The notes: generated from the letters alone by a model not told the origin. 64,000 nt of DNA from Felis catus (GCF_018350175.1 NC_058368.1:44022001-44086000), one strand, 5' to 3'; counted from the stretch's first letter, positions 25,760-38,951 are shown. Program-made: numbers and translations.

Positions 25760-26338
25760 ATTGTAGCCCCAGGATGCATGAAACTTTTGACCATGTTTGC
25801 ATACTTTGTATGACATTTACTCGTGGAACTACTCAGGGTTGACCTGTATCTATTTTATCCAAGCTGAACGAGGATTTGAACAAAGACTATGTTGCATACC
25901 AAGCACCTGTAATTCCTTGTTGAGATGGTTCATTTAGTGTTGAGCAACTGAGAATAGTAAGTTGCAGCTTGCCTGGGGAAAGGAGGTGAGTCACATTTCC
26001 CTGAGTGGGTTATGTGATTAAGCCAAAGAAATCCCACGGTGCATGGCTTTCTGGAGCCGAGATTGTCTATAAACAGCCTCTAGACTTGTGAGCACCCATA
26101 GACAATATGAAATGACTAGGGCATCAGATACTATGCACGGGAGTCAGGAGATCATTGTTATGCAGTTACTTTGGTTTTTTTCCTCTCCTGTATCTTTTCT
26201 TAAAGCTCAGGAAATGTGGTGTCAGGTGAAGCTATTGTTTTTATAAACTGTAGTGAAGCTGAATCTAATACCACTACCGCTAATAAGGGAGAATGGGTGG
26301 CATGATCATCAATCCGTGGAATGAAGACCATCTTTCAG
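25760..26338 (+). mobile_element. Possible ancient LTR
   Basis: Mixed-composition block with tataaa (about 26068), ending in ...tttca just before L1 sequence starts. It follows the ERVL-like region. Confidence 0.3.
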
Positions 26339-26339
26339 T

Positions 26340-27090
26340 CATAAACCAAATAATTATAAAAATATCAAGACATATCATAGTAAGACAACCAGACATCAAA
26401 AAAACCATCTTCAAACTACCCAGACAAAAATTTAAATATATTATTGTCAAAGGAGCTGTGACATGACTGACAGCAGAATTTTCAAGAATATTTATTTCAA
26501 CTGAACATAGACCATTTGCTAAACGTGATTATATTTGCTGGGACATAAAGGAAGTTTCAACATATTGTACAATGTTAAAATTATTCACAGTATGTATTCT
26601 GACCAAATTGACCCTAAACAAGTCTCAACAAGTTTCAAAGCATCGAAATCATCCAGGACATTATCTTTTGACATATAATTTCAAAAAGAAAAGAGCTAAT
26701 ACTTTAGTCATTTAGTCAAACTGATATGGGGGAATATTTTGTCATGATGGCAATATTCTTTTTTTTTTTTTAATGTTTATTTATTTCTTGAGAGAGAGAC
26801 AAGAGTGTGAGTGGGGGAGAGGCAGAGAGAGAGGGAGACACAGAATCCAAAGCAGGCTCCAGGCTCCAAGCTGTCAGCACAGAGCCTGACGCGGGGCCTG
26901 AACTCACGAACCGTGAGATCATGACCCCAGCTTGAGTCGGACACTTAACCGACTGAGCCACCCAGGTGCCCCAATGATGTCAATATTCTTAAGCTAGATT
27001 GCAGTGATGATTGCATACTGTGTAAATTAACTGAATTCTTTGAAATGTACATTATAATGGGTGACCTGTATGGTATGTGAATACGAACTT
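26340..27090 (+). mobile_element. Fragmented old LINE-1 (ORF1 end, endonuclease pieces, 3' UTR)
   Basis: gactgacagcagaattttca, caagtctcaacaagtttcaaagcatcgaaatcat and 3' UTR tagattgcagtgatgattgcatac...tatggtatgtgaat. Confidence 0.7.
26761..26972 (-). mobile_element. Felid SINE (SINEC_Fc-type)
   Basis: Full body with T tail. TSD atgatg(g/t)caatattctt at 26744-26760 and 26974-26990. Confidence 0.97.
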
Positions 27091-27984
27091 ACCATTTTTA
27101 TTCCTTTTTAATATTTATAACAAATAAAATAGTTATAAAGACATTTTTAAGGTTAATCAAACCCTCAATTTCCCAAACATGGTTTTACCCTGAGCTCATT
27201 AAATGCTGAAACAAGTTTTCCTACTATGTGATGTTTTAAGAATATATGTCTAGTTTGGAGAGACTATTGATAAATAAAATGTAACATGAAGTTTAGAAAT
27301 ATTGGTGACTCACAGACAAGTAAATTTTTTTCAGGGTTGCCAATATACCTCATAGCTTTATACATCTTAATGTAATGAAAGATATGAATTACTTAAAAAT
27401 ATCACCATCATTTGAATAGATATCAAATCCATTTGATTAAATTTAAAGATAGTTTTTGTCTTTTTAGCTTTTTTATCACAGATTTTATTCTGTCAAACAT
27501 CAATAGAATAAGTGAGAAAAATCATTAAGATCACTTTTAAGTATTAGCTTTTATTCAGAATGATGTAAGACGAGAATGATTCCATAGGAGAGTTCTACTT
27601 TGGGGAAGAAATGTATAGTGATAGCAAGATGGGTCATCCAAATTTCAACTAGTTTTGAGAAAAGGCCATCAGACAAGAGTATTAGAAAAAAAAAGGAATT
27701 ATTCTTGTAGTTTAGCAGTCTTTGGTTGTTTGGATAGTAATGTGGGTTTAACAATAAGACAAAAAACATAGGGAAGAACACAGAGGAACGTGTGACATTT
27801 TGTTTTCAATTCTACTGGGAGTCTTGCTAGAGAGAAAAATTTAGTAAATCCTAGCTACACATCAACTGTTTTAGCAATTATCAGCATTTTGACTTTTTTA
27901 AAGTATCTGTTTATCCACACATTCAGTTAAATATTTAGATAGCATATCATTCATTCGTTTACCTATGTCATTTAATTGGTTAGC

Positions 27985-28335
27985 TTCACTATTTTATTGA
28001 AGTATTTTAAAGAAAATATCAACATGATAATATTCAATTGGTTAAGGTTAGGTCTCTGAAAAGCAAGAACTTTAACATTCACACAGTGCTACTCTCATTT
28101 ATACAAATATTAAACTAATTTGTTAATATCGTCTATATACAGTTCACAATCACAGCTCCTATTGTATTAAAAAATACATATCTCTTGGAATTAAAATACA
28201 AGAAAAGGTCTACATATTATAATTAGATGACATATACCTTAAATCTTTTTCTAATAATCCCTCTTCTTTTATTTTCTGAAGCTATTAATTTGTTGAAGAA
28301 TCAGGTCATTGAAGTTGTAAAAGTCCCCCACTTTA
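27985..28335 (-). mobile_element. Old L1 3' UTR (L1MC4/5-like)
   Basis: tgaagtattttaaagaaaat...aaggtctacatattataattag...atttgttgaagaatcaggtca. Confidence 0.55.
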
Positions 28336-29099
28336 TTAATAGTAGGCTAATTAAAAAGTAAAACATTTTACTGAATGACATAAACATCCATTATGCGACA
28401 TATCTTTAATGGTGTGTCACAGACCTTTAAAATACTAAAATTATAACAAAGGAGTCTTGAATTTTAGAACCGAATGTTTTGTGAAATACCAATTATGCAC
28501 TAAAGGCCTGTGGGGCATATCAAGGGGCAGGAAGAAGCTCTCATGTAAAAGCTACTGACATTCAACTAAGTATTTGCAATTATTGTCATTACCCAACCAA
28601 AGAAATAATTATCAACACTGCCACAGTTAAAATCCATATGAATTAGTAAGGAAAACATACTGCTACCATACCCAAATAACAGATTATTAGTTACTTTTAT
28701 GATACAATCTTTTTAACATTCAATGTAAAAATCAGATTAAGAAAAGGAGGAAAATTGGAAGATTGCACTTGCATATAACGCCGGAGACAATATTTAGATC
28801 CATAGAATTTTAATTTTGATGATATCAGCTTCATGTAAATATTTATATTGTTTAGGAGTCCTACAAATTCTGAAAACACTGAACTTTTCTTAGTATGAAA
28901 AAGTAGAAGTATTACAATAGATAGCATAGCATCCAACTATTTTATTGACTCTAAATAGGATAACCATGTAATGTATTGTGCCAACCAAGACGTAGGTAAA
29001 CTACTGGTTTATAAGGTAGGTAAGATGACCATGTGATTTGTTACCCAGTGATTGTGGAAGGAGGCATTCCCTTAGATTTAAGATATATTTATCAATTAT

Positions 29100-29328
29100 A
29101 TTTTTAATTTCTTTTCACAGTTTTAAAAATTGAAGGTAAAGCTACAAATTCACAAATCAACCATCTTAACATGAGGAATTGATTGGCATTTAATACATTC
29201 AAAATGGGGTGTAGTTACCATCTCTCCCTAGTTCCAAGACATTTTTATCACCCCAGAAGAAACCTTGTACCCAGTAAGAACTTGTTTCCCATCACCTCTG
29301 TCCTCCAGCCCCCAGTAACCACCATTTG
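29100..29328 (-). mobile_element. L1MB-like 3' end
   Basis: tagttccaagacatttttatcaccccagaagaaaccttgtaccca...ccagcccccagtaaccacca. Confidence 0.85.
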
Positions 29329-29719
29329 AACATGTAGAATGGTATGTGTTCTTATAGAAATCATTTCTTTGCATTGGAAACACTTGAAAGTATGTTATGA
29401 GTTTAAAATAAATATATGTTAAGAAGGAAAATATGAATTTAGCAAATTATGTAAAAGCTATCACATGGTAGTATTCATTGTGATGCTTATCTTGGTGAGA
29501 AAACTCAAAGAATTTTACTTCAACTTTATAATAATGCACATTAGGTGATAAATGATCTATGTAAGCAACCACATTAACATATTTGTTCTTAAATTATTAA
29601 TGGGAACTATATATATGTATATATATAATATATATATAATGATGTATTAATATGCTATAATCTACCAGTTGCTTTCATTAGTCTTTATTGATGTCCAAAA
29701 TAATCAGGTTTAGTAGTCG

Positions 29720-29860
29720 TGACACTTTACTTTCTTTTTTGATACAGAAAGTTTATTCTGGGACATATCCAAGGACACACATTTAGAGGGTGGTGAAACC
29801 AGCACTAAACTCCAGATACTCTGCCTTAAATTTAGTGATGTTTGCACTACAGTACATTAC
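29720..29860 (-). mobile_element. MIR fragment
   Basis: tccaaggacacacatttagagggtggtgaaaccagcactaaactccag resembles the MIR core. Confidence 0.55.
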
Positions 29861-30999
29861 GTGTTTGTATGTGCATATATTATATATACCTGGGTGTGTT
29901 TTTTAAGCAGTTTAAACTGGAAGATTAAGCTGCATATGAGGTTGATACAATAAGCAAATAACTACAACCAATGCACCAGCATATGCAAGCTCCCGAGTTG
30001 TCACCTCACTACTTGTTAGATAATTGAAAAATAATGAAAATCTGAATTACAACTTTGTGTCACAGTATTACATTCAAGTGTTTCCTTGAAAACTCATATG
30101 GAATTTCTCATAAACTTTGAAAAGAGTTAACCCTCAGCAGCTATGGCATTGTTAGAATTCCATTGTTGAACATATAATCCAGCAGAAACCAAGTCCTTAG
30201 AGACATGACCACAGGCTGGCCAAAGTCCAAAGCCAGAACAATAATACAGCGGGATGGGCACTGGAGTGGAATCACCTGGAGAACTGAAAACAACTTTAGG
30301 AATCAATATTTCACTGTATATTAACTAAGTAACATATAAATTAAAAAATGATTAGGAATCAATAAAGCTGTTTATACTTGTTGTGACCAATTTCTCTTGT
30401 TAATTTCATATATAAACCCTCTCTCTTTCAGATTTCACACAAACACCATTGAAATTGCAATGTCAGTAGAAAATTATTAACCTCACTAATGAAAAAATGT
30501 AAAACTATTTTGGATGATTCACCTTTTTTTTAAAGTCGCACAATTTCATAGATACATATCCTGCAGCTGGATGTCAAATAAAGAGTAATAACACTCTACT
30601 ATATCAAAATTAAGGCAATAATAATCATAAATATAAAATTAAGGAAGTTAGCACCAATATATGATTGTACCATTGTCTTCCCTGCAGTTATCTCCTCACA
30701 CAAAGCTTTAAGAATATAATAAGCCATGAACCATGGGAATCTACCCCAAAAACCAAGAGCACACTTTACACACTGTATTTTAGCAAATTTGACAATCAAT
30801 TATATTAAAAAAGGAATATATAAAGCCCAAGAGTACAATTTCTTAGAGAACTATCACCACTTATACTATTCCTATGAAGTCATTTTTGATATTTGGCTTA
30901 TATAACCAGATTTTTAATAAGTTTACTTAAAATACATAATTTTTATTTATACTGGAGGAGTAGATTTTCTGGACGATCATTTTTGTAGTAGGATAACCT

Positions 31000-31130
31000 T
31001 TCATTTATTTAAATATGGAATACCTGTGTATTCTAGGCACTCTTCTTGGTACTATGGAAACAGTGGTATGAGAAAAAGTTTTGACTTCTTTTGCCAATCC
31101 CAAGTTTACAAAGTACTGGAGGAAATAAAT
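31000..31130 (-). mobile_element. L2 3' end fragment
   Basis: ttcatttattt...gaatacctgtgtattctaggcactcttcttggtactatggaaacagtgg. Confidence 0.6.
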
Positions 31131-31466
31131 TAATAAAAATAAATATGCAATTATTAGTTGAGAAAAATACAGTTAGTTATCAAAAAAAAAACACAGAATG
31201 ATCAAATTATGATTGACTAATCAAGAAGGACTCTCTATGGAACTCACATATAAGCCAAGACTTAATTAGTAAGACAAGATTTGAAGTATGTGTACTACAG
31301 TCATAGAATGCAGAATTTTTGAAAATACATTGACGGAAATGATCTTGGTGTTTTGGAGAAAATGGAAATAGGCCAGTATGGATAAATTGAATAATATATA
31401 TGAGCAAATGCATATGGAAGTAGGGTTTGGAGAGGTGGATACATTCTAGATCATGTAAAATATTAA

Positions 31467-31595
31467 TAGGGAGACCCTAAAACTTATCACTCAAACTCAG
31501 AGCAATCTTGAGAAAGTAATGAATCATCCTTGATAAATATGTTAGGATCATAAATGCAGACTAAGACTGACCAAGCCAAATCAGAAGCCCACATA
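31467..31595. mobile_element. MER81-like hAT-Blackjack MITE
   Basis: tagggagaccctaaaacttatcactcaaactcagagcaatcttgagaaagt...gactaagactgacc follows recalled MER81. Confidence 0.6.
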
Positions 31596-32064
31596 TTATT
31601 ATTTAAATTTCAATGGTTTTAAAGCAGAATATTTTCTTTTAGGTTTTATATTTAAGGTGTTGAGTTGAAGGTATGGATACAAAGTAACAGGAATAAAAAT
31701 GAGGCAGCAGACCAGAAACAAAAGGACAGGAGGCAGAAAAATTAAGTGGTAGCAGGAAGAAAAAAAACAAAAACAAAAAGACAGTGACATTCATGTCAAG
31801 TGAGTAGGGCATGCCTGTGACACAAAAACAGAAGTAATCAAGCTCAAATGAGAAGCATAGAAATTATGTTCATTTAAATTCCCGTATTCACTGAACTTCC
31901 TTTCTCATTATGCCAAGCTCCCATTCCCCAAGGCGTTAATTGTCATTTCCTCTTCAGATTTTAACAAACAAATCCATGAGTTTGATTAAGGATGAGGAAA
32001 CTTGAGCAAACTTAAAGATCTTTTAACCTATGAATGCAGATATCACCAAAAGAATATAATGGCA

Positions 32065-32280
32065 GGGGTGCCTGAGTGGCTCAGTAGGTTAAGCTTTGTA
32101 CTCTTGATATTGGTTCAAGTGGTTGTTTCAAGGTCTTGAAATGGAGGCCCGCCTCTGGCTCAGTGCTCAGCATGGAGCCCGCTTGGGACTTTCCCTCCCA
32201 GTCTCTCTCTCTCTTTCTCTCTCTCTCTCTGTCCCTTCTCCACTTGTGCTCTCTCTTTAAAAATAAATAAATAAACTTAA
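32065..32280 (+). mobile_element. Can-SINE (SINEC)
   Basis: ggggtgcctgagtggctcagt head, CT tract and A tail. TSD aaagaatataatggca / aaagaatatgatagca. Confidence 0.95.
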
Positions 32281-32526
32281 AGAATATGATAGCAGTAATG
32301 TTGAATGTCTAGTAAATTTTAAATCTATATACTGAAATGAAAAGTATTAATGTTTTACAAAAATAATCTAACATTCCTAGAAATTCCCACAAAATGTTTT
32401 ATGTTCTCATTGAATATATGCATTATAACATGGCAGATATGCAAAATGTAATTATGAAATCATTAAAATGATTAATAATCCCAACAAAAACTGCCAAGGT
32501 TTGTATTAAATTATTTGTGTTGCTTT

Positions 32527-32739
32527 AAAAAAATTTTAACATTTATTTATTTTTGAGAGAGGAAGACAGAGAGTGCGAGTGAGAGAGGGGCAGAGAGAAA
32601 GGGAGACACAGAATTCGAAGCAGGCTTCAGGCTCTGACTGTCAGCACAGAGCCCGAGACAAGACTGAAACTCACAATCCAGGAGATCATGACCTGAGCTG
32701 AAATCATATGCTTAACCAACTGAACCACCCAGGAGCCCC
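32527..32739 (-). mobile_element. Felid SINE (SINEC_Fc-type)
   Basis: catttatttatttttgagagag...gagacacagaattcgaagcagg...cacccaggagcccc. Confidence 0.95.
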
Positions 32740-33209
32740 TTTATTGCTTTTACACAAGTTCGAAGCATCTGGCTTTCACATATCAATACCAATATAAGTC
32801 TATCAGACAGTTTGAGAAAACAGTAATCACTCTATGTAGTTGAAACCAAGAAGGAAATTGATACAGATAATTTAATGGCTACAAAACTTTTGGAAGGGCT
32901 GTGGAGTGGGCTCCTGCTCAGCTTCCAGGAGTAATGTAAGAACAATGCCGAACTGAACAAGCAGGGAAGTGATTAAGCTCTGAAGACACAAATGGAATTA
33001 TGAGTTCAAGAATAGTCATCCTCAGTCTCCTCCTCCTGACCCGAAGTTGTCAGGTCGTCTCACAAAGCTGGATGACAATGAAGCTTGCAGTGCTGCTAAC
33101 AGCTTGTGGGCTGAAGAATGAAGAGCAGAGGCATGTTCCTGAAAGATCTGGGCCTGGCTTTCCTGGTGGCAAGATGATGATGTGCTTATTCCATTTGTTT
33201 ACTTGTTAT

Positions 33210-34790
33210 AAGGCTATTCAGATAAATTGAAGTTGATCATGGGCATATCATCCTTTTTATATATACTGCTGGATTTTATTTAATCAACAATTTATTATGA
33301 CTTTTGGGGCCTGTGTTCATGAAGCATGTGTGTGTGTGTGGATTGTGTGTGTGATGTCAGTATCAGAGTTTTATATCTGGCTAACTCTCCTGTCCTGTAA
33401 TAAGTTGTTAAAAAAAAATACCTTCCTATTTTCTGAAGGTATGTGTGCATGTTATAGTGGTTTATTTGTTATTTAAAAGTTTGATTTTTGTTTCTAGTGA
33501 AATCATGTATCTCAATATTTATTTGTGGAAAAGTTGTAACACAAACTTTTTTTATTTTTTTTTTTAATTTTTAAAAATTTACATCCAAATTAGCATATAG
33601 TGCAACAATGATTTCAGGGGGTAGATTCCTTAGTGCCCCTGATCCATTTAGCCCATCTCCCCTCCCACAACCCCTCCAGCAACCCTCAGTTTGTTCTCCA
33701 TATTTATGAGTCTCTTCTGTTTTGTCCCCCTCCCTGTTTTTATATTATTTTTGTTTCCCTTCCCTTATGTTCATCTCTCTTGTCTCTTAAAGTCCTCATA
33801 TGAGTGAAGTGATATGATTTTTGTACAAACTAATTATTTTTAAGCAAAGAATGCTGTTTAGATTTTCATTTCTTCCCTTTTTTGTTTTGGTAAGGCAAAT
33901 TATTTTGGAAAAGTTTCCATTTAATCTGTCATTTTTTTCGTATACAGTTCATGTTGTTAGGAGCTTAAGTATTAACTTCTCCTTTTCCTGTGTTTCCTGA
34001 ATTAGTATTACTTGAGGTTAGTTTATCAACTTTATTAATATTTTTGAAGAACAAACACTTGGCTTTGCTAACTTTATGAAATAGTTGTCCTTTCGCTATA
34101 TGATTGCTTTTTTCTCTTATCATTCCCTTCTTTTAACTTTATGTGGCATTGATATGCTCTTTTTCTTCCTAATGTATTAATTTTGAGGCTTACACAAATG
34201 ATGTCATACTGTTCTTTTTTCTAACACAGGCATTTTAAGCTATAAATTTCCATCTGAGCACTGCATTATCTTCATCCCACACATGTTGATATGTTGTGGT
34301 TTTATTAATATTCAATGTGAAATATCTTATAACTTTTTCTTTTAAGTCTTTTTTGACTTATGGGTTATTTAGAAGCATTATGTTTAATTTTAAAATATTT
34401 GGTAATTTTCTAGGTATAGGCTTTTTCTTCATTGATAATTTAATGTAATTGTAATAAAAGAATGTATTAAGTATATTTTTAACCTTCTGAAATTTACCAT
34501 GGGTGTTTTATGGCCTGGAGTTTGTGTTTTAATTTGGTAAATGTTCTTCGTGCGCTTGAAATAATTGCAATTGAATAATGTGTATTCTTGAGTTGTTGGA
34601 TGTGTTTACTAGATAACAATTATTGGATTTGATCGATAGTATTATCCAAATATTTAACATCTTTAATGATTTCCTGTTTATGGTTTTCTCAATTACTGAG
34701 AATGGAGAGTTCAAACATTGGCAGGATTTATATGGGCTTCCACTGTGCTATTCTTTCAACGCTTCTATATATTTAAAATATATTATAATA
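33210..34790 (-). mobile_element. Old LINE-1 ORF2 region (endonuclease side)
   Basis: aagctataaatttccatctgagcactgc...atcccacacatgttgatatgttgtg and ggtttatttagaagcattatgtttaatttt are antisense L1 ORF2 motifs. Confidence 0.8.
33548..33822 (-). mobile_element. Felid L1 3' UTR insertion (5'-truncated)
   Basis: T tail, then atttacatccaaattagcatatagtgcaacaatgatttcagg...aaccctcagtttgttctcc...cctcatatgagtgaag. Flanked by acaaact. Confidence 0.9.
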
Positions 34791-35061
34791 AAATATTTGA
34801 GCAAAAAGGAAGACTTTTCCTCTTAAAAATGTTTATTTTTGTTTATTTCCAAGGTCACTGAGCACCACACTTTTTTTCTAATAGCAAAATTCGTTTTAAA
34901 ATTAGCAAATGAAAACCATGAGCATATAGCAAATAAAGACAAAGCTTTAAAAAACAAAGCAGTGTGGTCGTAGTGTCTGGGAGACCTTGACATCATTAGT
35001 GGAAGACTCCAACAGGTGATTTAGGGATGATTTTTGAAGCAATTTTGAAGAGCCTCTGTAA

Positions 35062-35256
35062 TAGCACTGCATGGTATAAATTCTGTAGTGATGAAAATGT
35101 TCTATATGCTACCAAACATGGTAGCCATCAGCTACATGTGGCTACGTAATATGGCTGGGGCAACTCAAGAACTGAATTTTTTATTTAATTTGATTTTATT
35201 AATTGGCATTTAAATTTAGTCTCACGTGGCTAATGGCTATCTTATTGACAGTAGAG
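35062..35256. mobile_element. MER3 hAT-Charlie DNA transposon
   Basis: gatgaaaatgttctatat...ggtagccatcagctacatgtggcta...gaactgaattttt...cacgtggctaatggcta. Flanks ctctgtaa / ctctatag resemble an 8-bp TSD. Confidence 0.88.
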
Positions 35257-35555
35257 CTCTATAGATTCTATTAACATTCTATTTAAAACCACTGCACTAA
35301 ATAATATAGCTAATTTGGATATTTTATTGGCTCTCTATTCCTTTGTCTTTAAGTAGTGAACACGTGCTCATAGAAGTAGAATTCAAATCATTATTATTTC
35401 TAAATATTAGTTATTACACATGGAAATAGCCAAAGCAACATTTTATACATTCTTTTTATTTAAAAATACATTATCATTTATATAACTATATACAACAATG
35501 AGAAACATCTCAAGTCCTCAAATAGGCTTAAGTATTATTTGATAATGATTTTAAA

Positions 35556-35767
35556 ACTTTTTTTTTAACGTTTATTTATTTTTGAGACAGAGAGAGACAG
35601 AGCATGAACGGGGGAGGGCCAGAGAGAGGGAGACACAGAATCTGAAACAGGCTCCAGGCTCTGAGCTGTCAGCACAGAGCCCGACGCCGGGCTAGAACTC
35701 ATGGACCGGGAGATCATGACCTGAGCCGAAGTTGGCCGCTTAACCGGCTGAGCCACCCAGGCGCCCC
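35556..35767 (-). mobile_element. Young felid SINE (SINEC_Fc-type)
   Basis: CpG-rich full body. Perfect 16-bp TSD tgataatgattttaaa (35540-35555 and 35768-35783). Confidence 0.98.
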
Positions 35768-38040
35768 TGATAATGATTTTAAAGGTAAAATTTATGTGCT
35801 TGATTTACACAAGGTAATTTGTGATTCTCAAAAGGAAGTATGAATATGGGTGTATCTTTTATCTCTCATTACTAATATGCTAACTTGAACATTCAATAGA
35901 TTTTAATCTTAAAAAGTAAATATTTTTGTCTCATATATAATATACTAAAATGCAAATAGAGATAAAAAGCTGATATCATATTAACATGAATCTATTTCCC
36001 CTAACCTTCTTAGTGACACAAATAATTATACTTAAAACATTATTAAGACTAAAATTTGGTGGAATATAATAGTATTTTAAAATAATGAATCAACATAACC
36101 CTTTTGAAGTTTTTTATATTTAACTTTTGTTTTATAAGTCTCACTAAGCACATTAATACTTCAAAACGCTATGTTTTCTTTGAAGAAAGAAGGTTAAATA
36201 ACTGGACAGAAACTTTGTCAGTTATTATTTATATACATGAATGAGTTTGTAGAAATTAATGAAGTGTAAACTCCAGGGCCTTTTATTGAATGAGCCACTT
36301 CTAGGCTCTGTAAAGAATCTTGTATTTTAACTTTTATATTCCTTTTCTTAAATAGAATACAGAGGTATTATAATCATTAGGTCCAGATAACCTTATTATA
36401 GAAACTGAGGAATAATTAACTAAGAGCTCGCCATTTTTTTAAGCATTGAGAAGAGATGCCTGAAATATCCACTATCAGTTCTCATCATCAGTCTCAAAGA
36501 TATGCAATAAATGTGTTAATGTAAAGCAACAATCACTTTTATATTTATAATTACTTTTATTTAATTATAGATCTTGATCACTAGAGATAAATGTCTAAAT
36601 ATAAAGGGGAGTTTGTTGCCTCCTTCCTGAAACCTCCCCTTTGCTTCATCTTGTTTGTTTGTTTTTCTTTTGGTGAAAATTTCAGGCTGGCACAAAAACA
36701 GTATGACACTTTCAGAACACTGTCAAGGTGAAAATGATTTTGTCATTTCTTCTTAGAAGGTAATCAATAGCTTATGAGAATTCTACATTTGTAGTTCCAT
36801 ACAAAAAGTCAATTGCATATATAAACCACTAAACACTATAAATAAAGATCTCACCCTTTATTATATTATATTAATATAATTAATTATATTATCATATTAT
36901 TAACTATATTATCATGACTAAATTTAGGTTTAAAAAACTTGAAATATGTTAAGTGATCCAGTGATTTTGCAAATAATGCATTCTTTTAGTGTTGAAAATT
37001 GTAGAGCTGCATGTTTCTTTGCATGTCTGTTTATGTGTCTTCATTTTCAGATTTACAAATATATGTGTACATGTGCATTTACTTTATATACCGAGTTAAA
37101 TCCATAGTCTCTTTAAATAGCAAATAATGGCTTTTAAAAAAGTGTATTAGCTGGATGAGTAGATTAGGAAGGAGGAAAACGAAAGAGGAACACAGATCCT
37201 GCTGAATATTTTTTTGTATCAAGTCAGAAATAAAATTTTATAATTTGAAAATGTATCTTCAGTTTACCTGCCAAGTTCAAAGAATTCAACAAAATGGGAG
37301 AAGCTCTTATTTTGGAGATGCACTGTGGCAACAAGGGTTCACTGTGACGTATTTTCAGTTGAAGGAGGAAGATGCGCACTGGTCACGATGACTTTCATCT
37401 CAGAATCATTTTAGTCTAATGTTTCTGAAACCAAGGAAATATTGCACACTTTGAGCCTTTCAAGTACTGTAGTGAGGAAATCAGGTCACTCACAACAGCA
37501 TTTCTAATTTGACAGGGGATTACAAAAACATTTGGTGCTCTTTAACTGTTGTCACAGCCATCTATTACATTAAGAACAAGTTGATTTTAATATTAGTCAA
37601 ATTAAAAAGCATTGTATCATGCTAACCTTGGGCATTCATTTACATAATTGGCTCTCTGCTTGCTGTGTATTATGTGACACCCTCATTTGATTACTGTTCA
37701 TTTTTCTAAAACTCTGAAGCGGCATCTAACATAACCTGCATATTAATATTTCATTTTCATCAGGCTTTATTTTATGTAGTCAAGCTGCAGCAAATGCTAC
37801 CTTTTCATTATTGAGCTTGTTATAAGTCACTTATTCCAGAGCTTTTAAGGAGACAAAGTTCAATTGACTGTTCCGTAATAAAACAGTAAAAATGCACTCT
37901 AAAGGTTTAGTTTAAGTAAGTAAAGACTCCTCTTGCTCTTGCTGGGGTTGGTCTTCAGGAAATCTCTGAAACTTGGATAAGAAAAATGTAACATTTTGGG
38001 GGCCTTTATACCAGTCAACTTTGTATAACAATAAATAAAT

Positions 38041-38110
38041 AAGATAAGATAAGATAAGATAAGATAAGATAAAATAAAATAAAATAAAATAAAATAAAAT
38101 AAAATAAAAT
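38041..38110 (+). repeat. Compound pentanucleotide STR (AAGAT)6(AAAAT)8
   Basis: Counted directly from the sequence. Confidence 0.95.
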
Positions 38111-38467
38111 CTTAGCAACTTATAGCAAACATGTAACTCTATTTCTTCGATCTGCAGGTTTTCTGTGGCTCCGCGGGGCTCAGCTGGGCTAAGTGCCAAG
38201 TTACAGGTCTGGGTCAGGTCTGTTCCACCGGTCTCTCATTCCAGAACCCAGTTTGACAAAGCAACAAGTGAGTACTTGGGCATGTTGCTCTCATGGTATA
38301 AGGCAGGCATGTAAGAGTGTAATCTAAACTTCTCAAACACAGTTAAAGCCTCTATTCAAAAATTAATTGTCATTGCCATCCACATCCATTGGTTAAAATA
38401 CTCATGGTCAAAAGCAGACATTAGTGTTCCAACAAAATATAGACTTTTTATTAATGATAGATTGTAT

Positions 38468-38683
38468 TGGGGTGCCTGGGTGGCTCAGTCGGTTAAACAG
38501 CTCACTTCGGCTCAGGTCATGATCTCATGGTTTTTGAGTTTGAGCTCCCCATTGGGCTCTATGCTGTCAGCACGGGGACTGTTTCAGATCCTCTGTCTTT
38601 CTCTCTTTCTCTCTGCCCCTCCCCTGTTTAAGTTCGGTCTGTCTCAAAAATAAATAAATAAATACTCAAAAAAAAAAAAAAAA
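38468..38683 (+). mobile_element. Can-SINE (SINEC_Fc-type)
   Basis: ggggtgcctgggtggctcagtcggttaa head, CT tract and A tail. Confidence 0.95.
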
Positions 38684-38951
38684 GATATAGTGAATAATAC
38701 AACCTGTCCCAATCCTTCAAGGGAAGGTCCAATATACTAGGCAATTCATACGAGTTGACTTGCTTGGTTCTCATGCACCCCTGATAGACAGATTATTTTG
38801 TTTCTCCTTTGCAGGTTATAAAGTAAAGCACACCAACTTTAAGAGAAGACATTTGCAAGGTTGAGCTGTTTACTGAGTTGGGATTGGAATAGTTCCTGCA
38901 ATCTAACACACAACCCTCACTGCCATAGACATTTACCTGCTGACTGAAGTA

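Larger units (their letters stand above)
38008..38712 (-). mobile_element. MaLR LTR (MLT1I/J-like) containing an STR and a SINE
   Basis: gtctgttccaccggtctctcattccagaacccag...tgggcatgttgctctcatgg...cacatccattggttaaaatactcatggtcaa. Confidence 0.75.
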
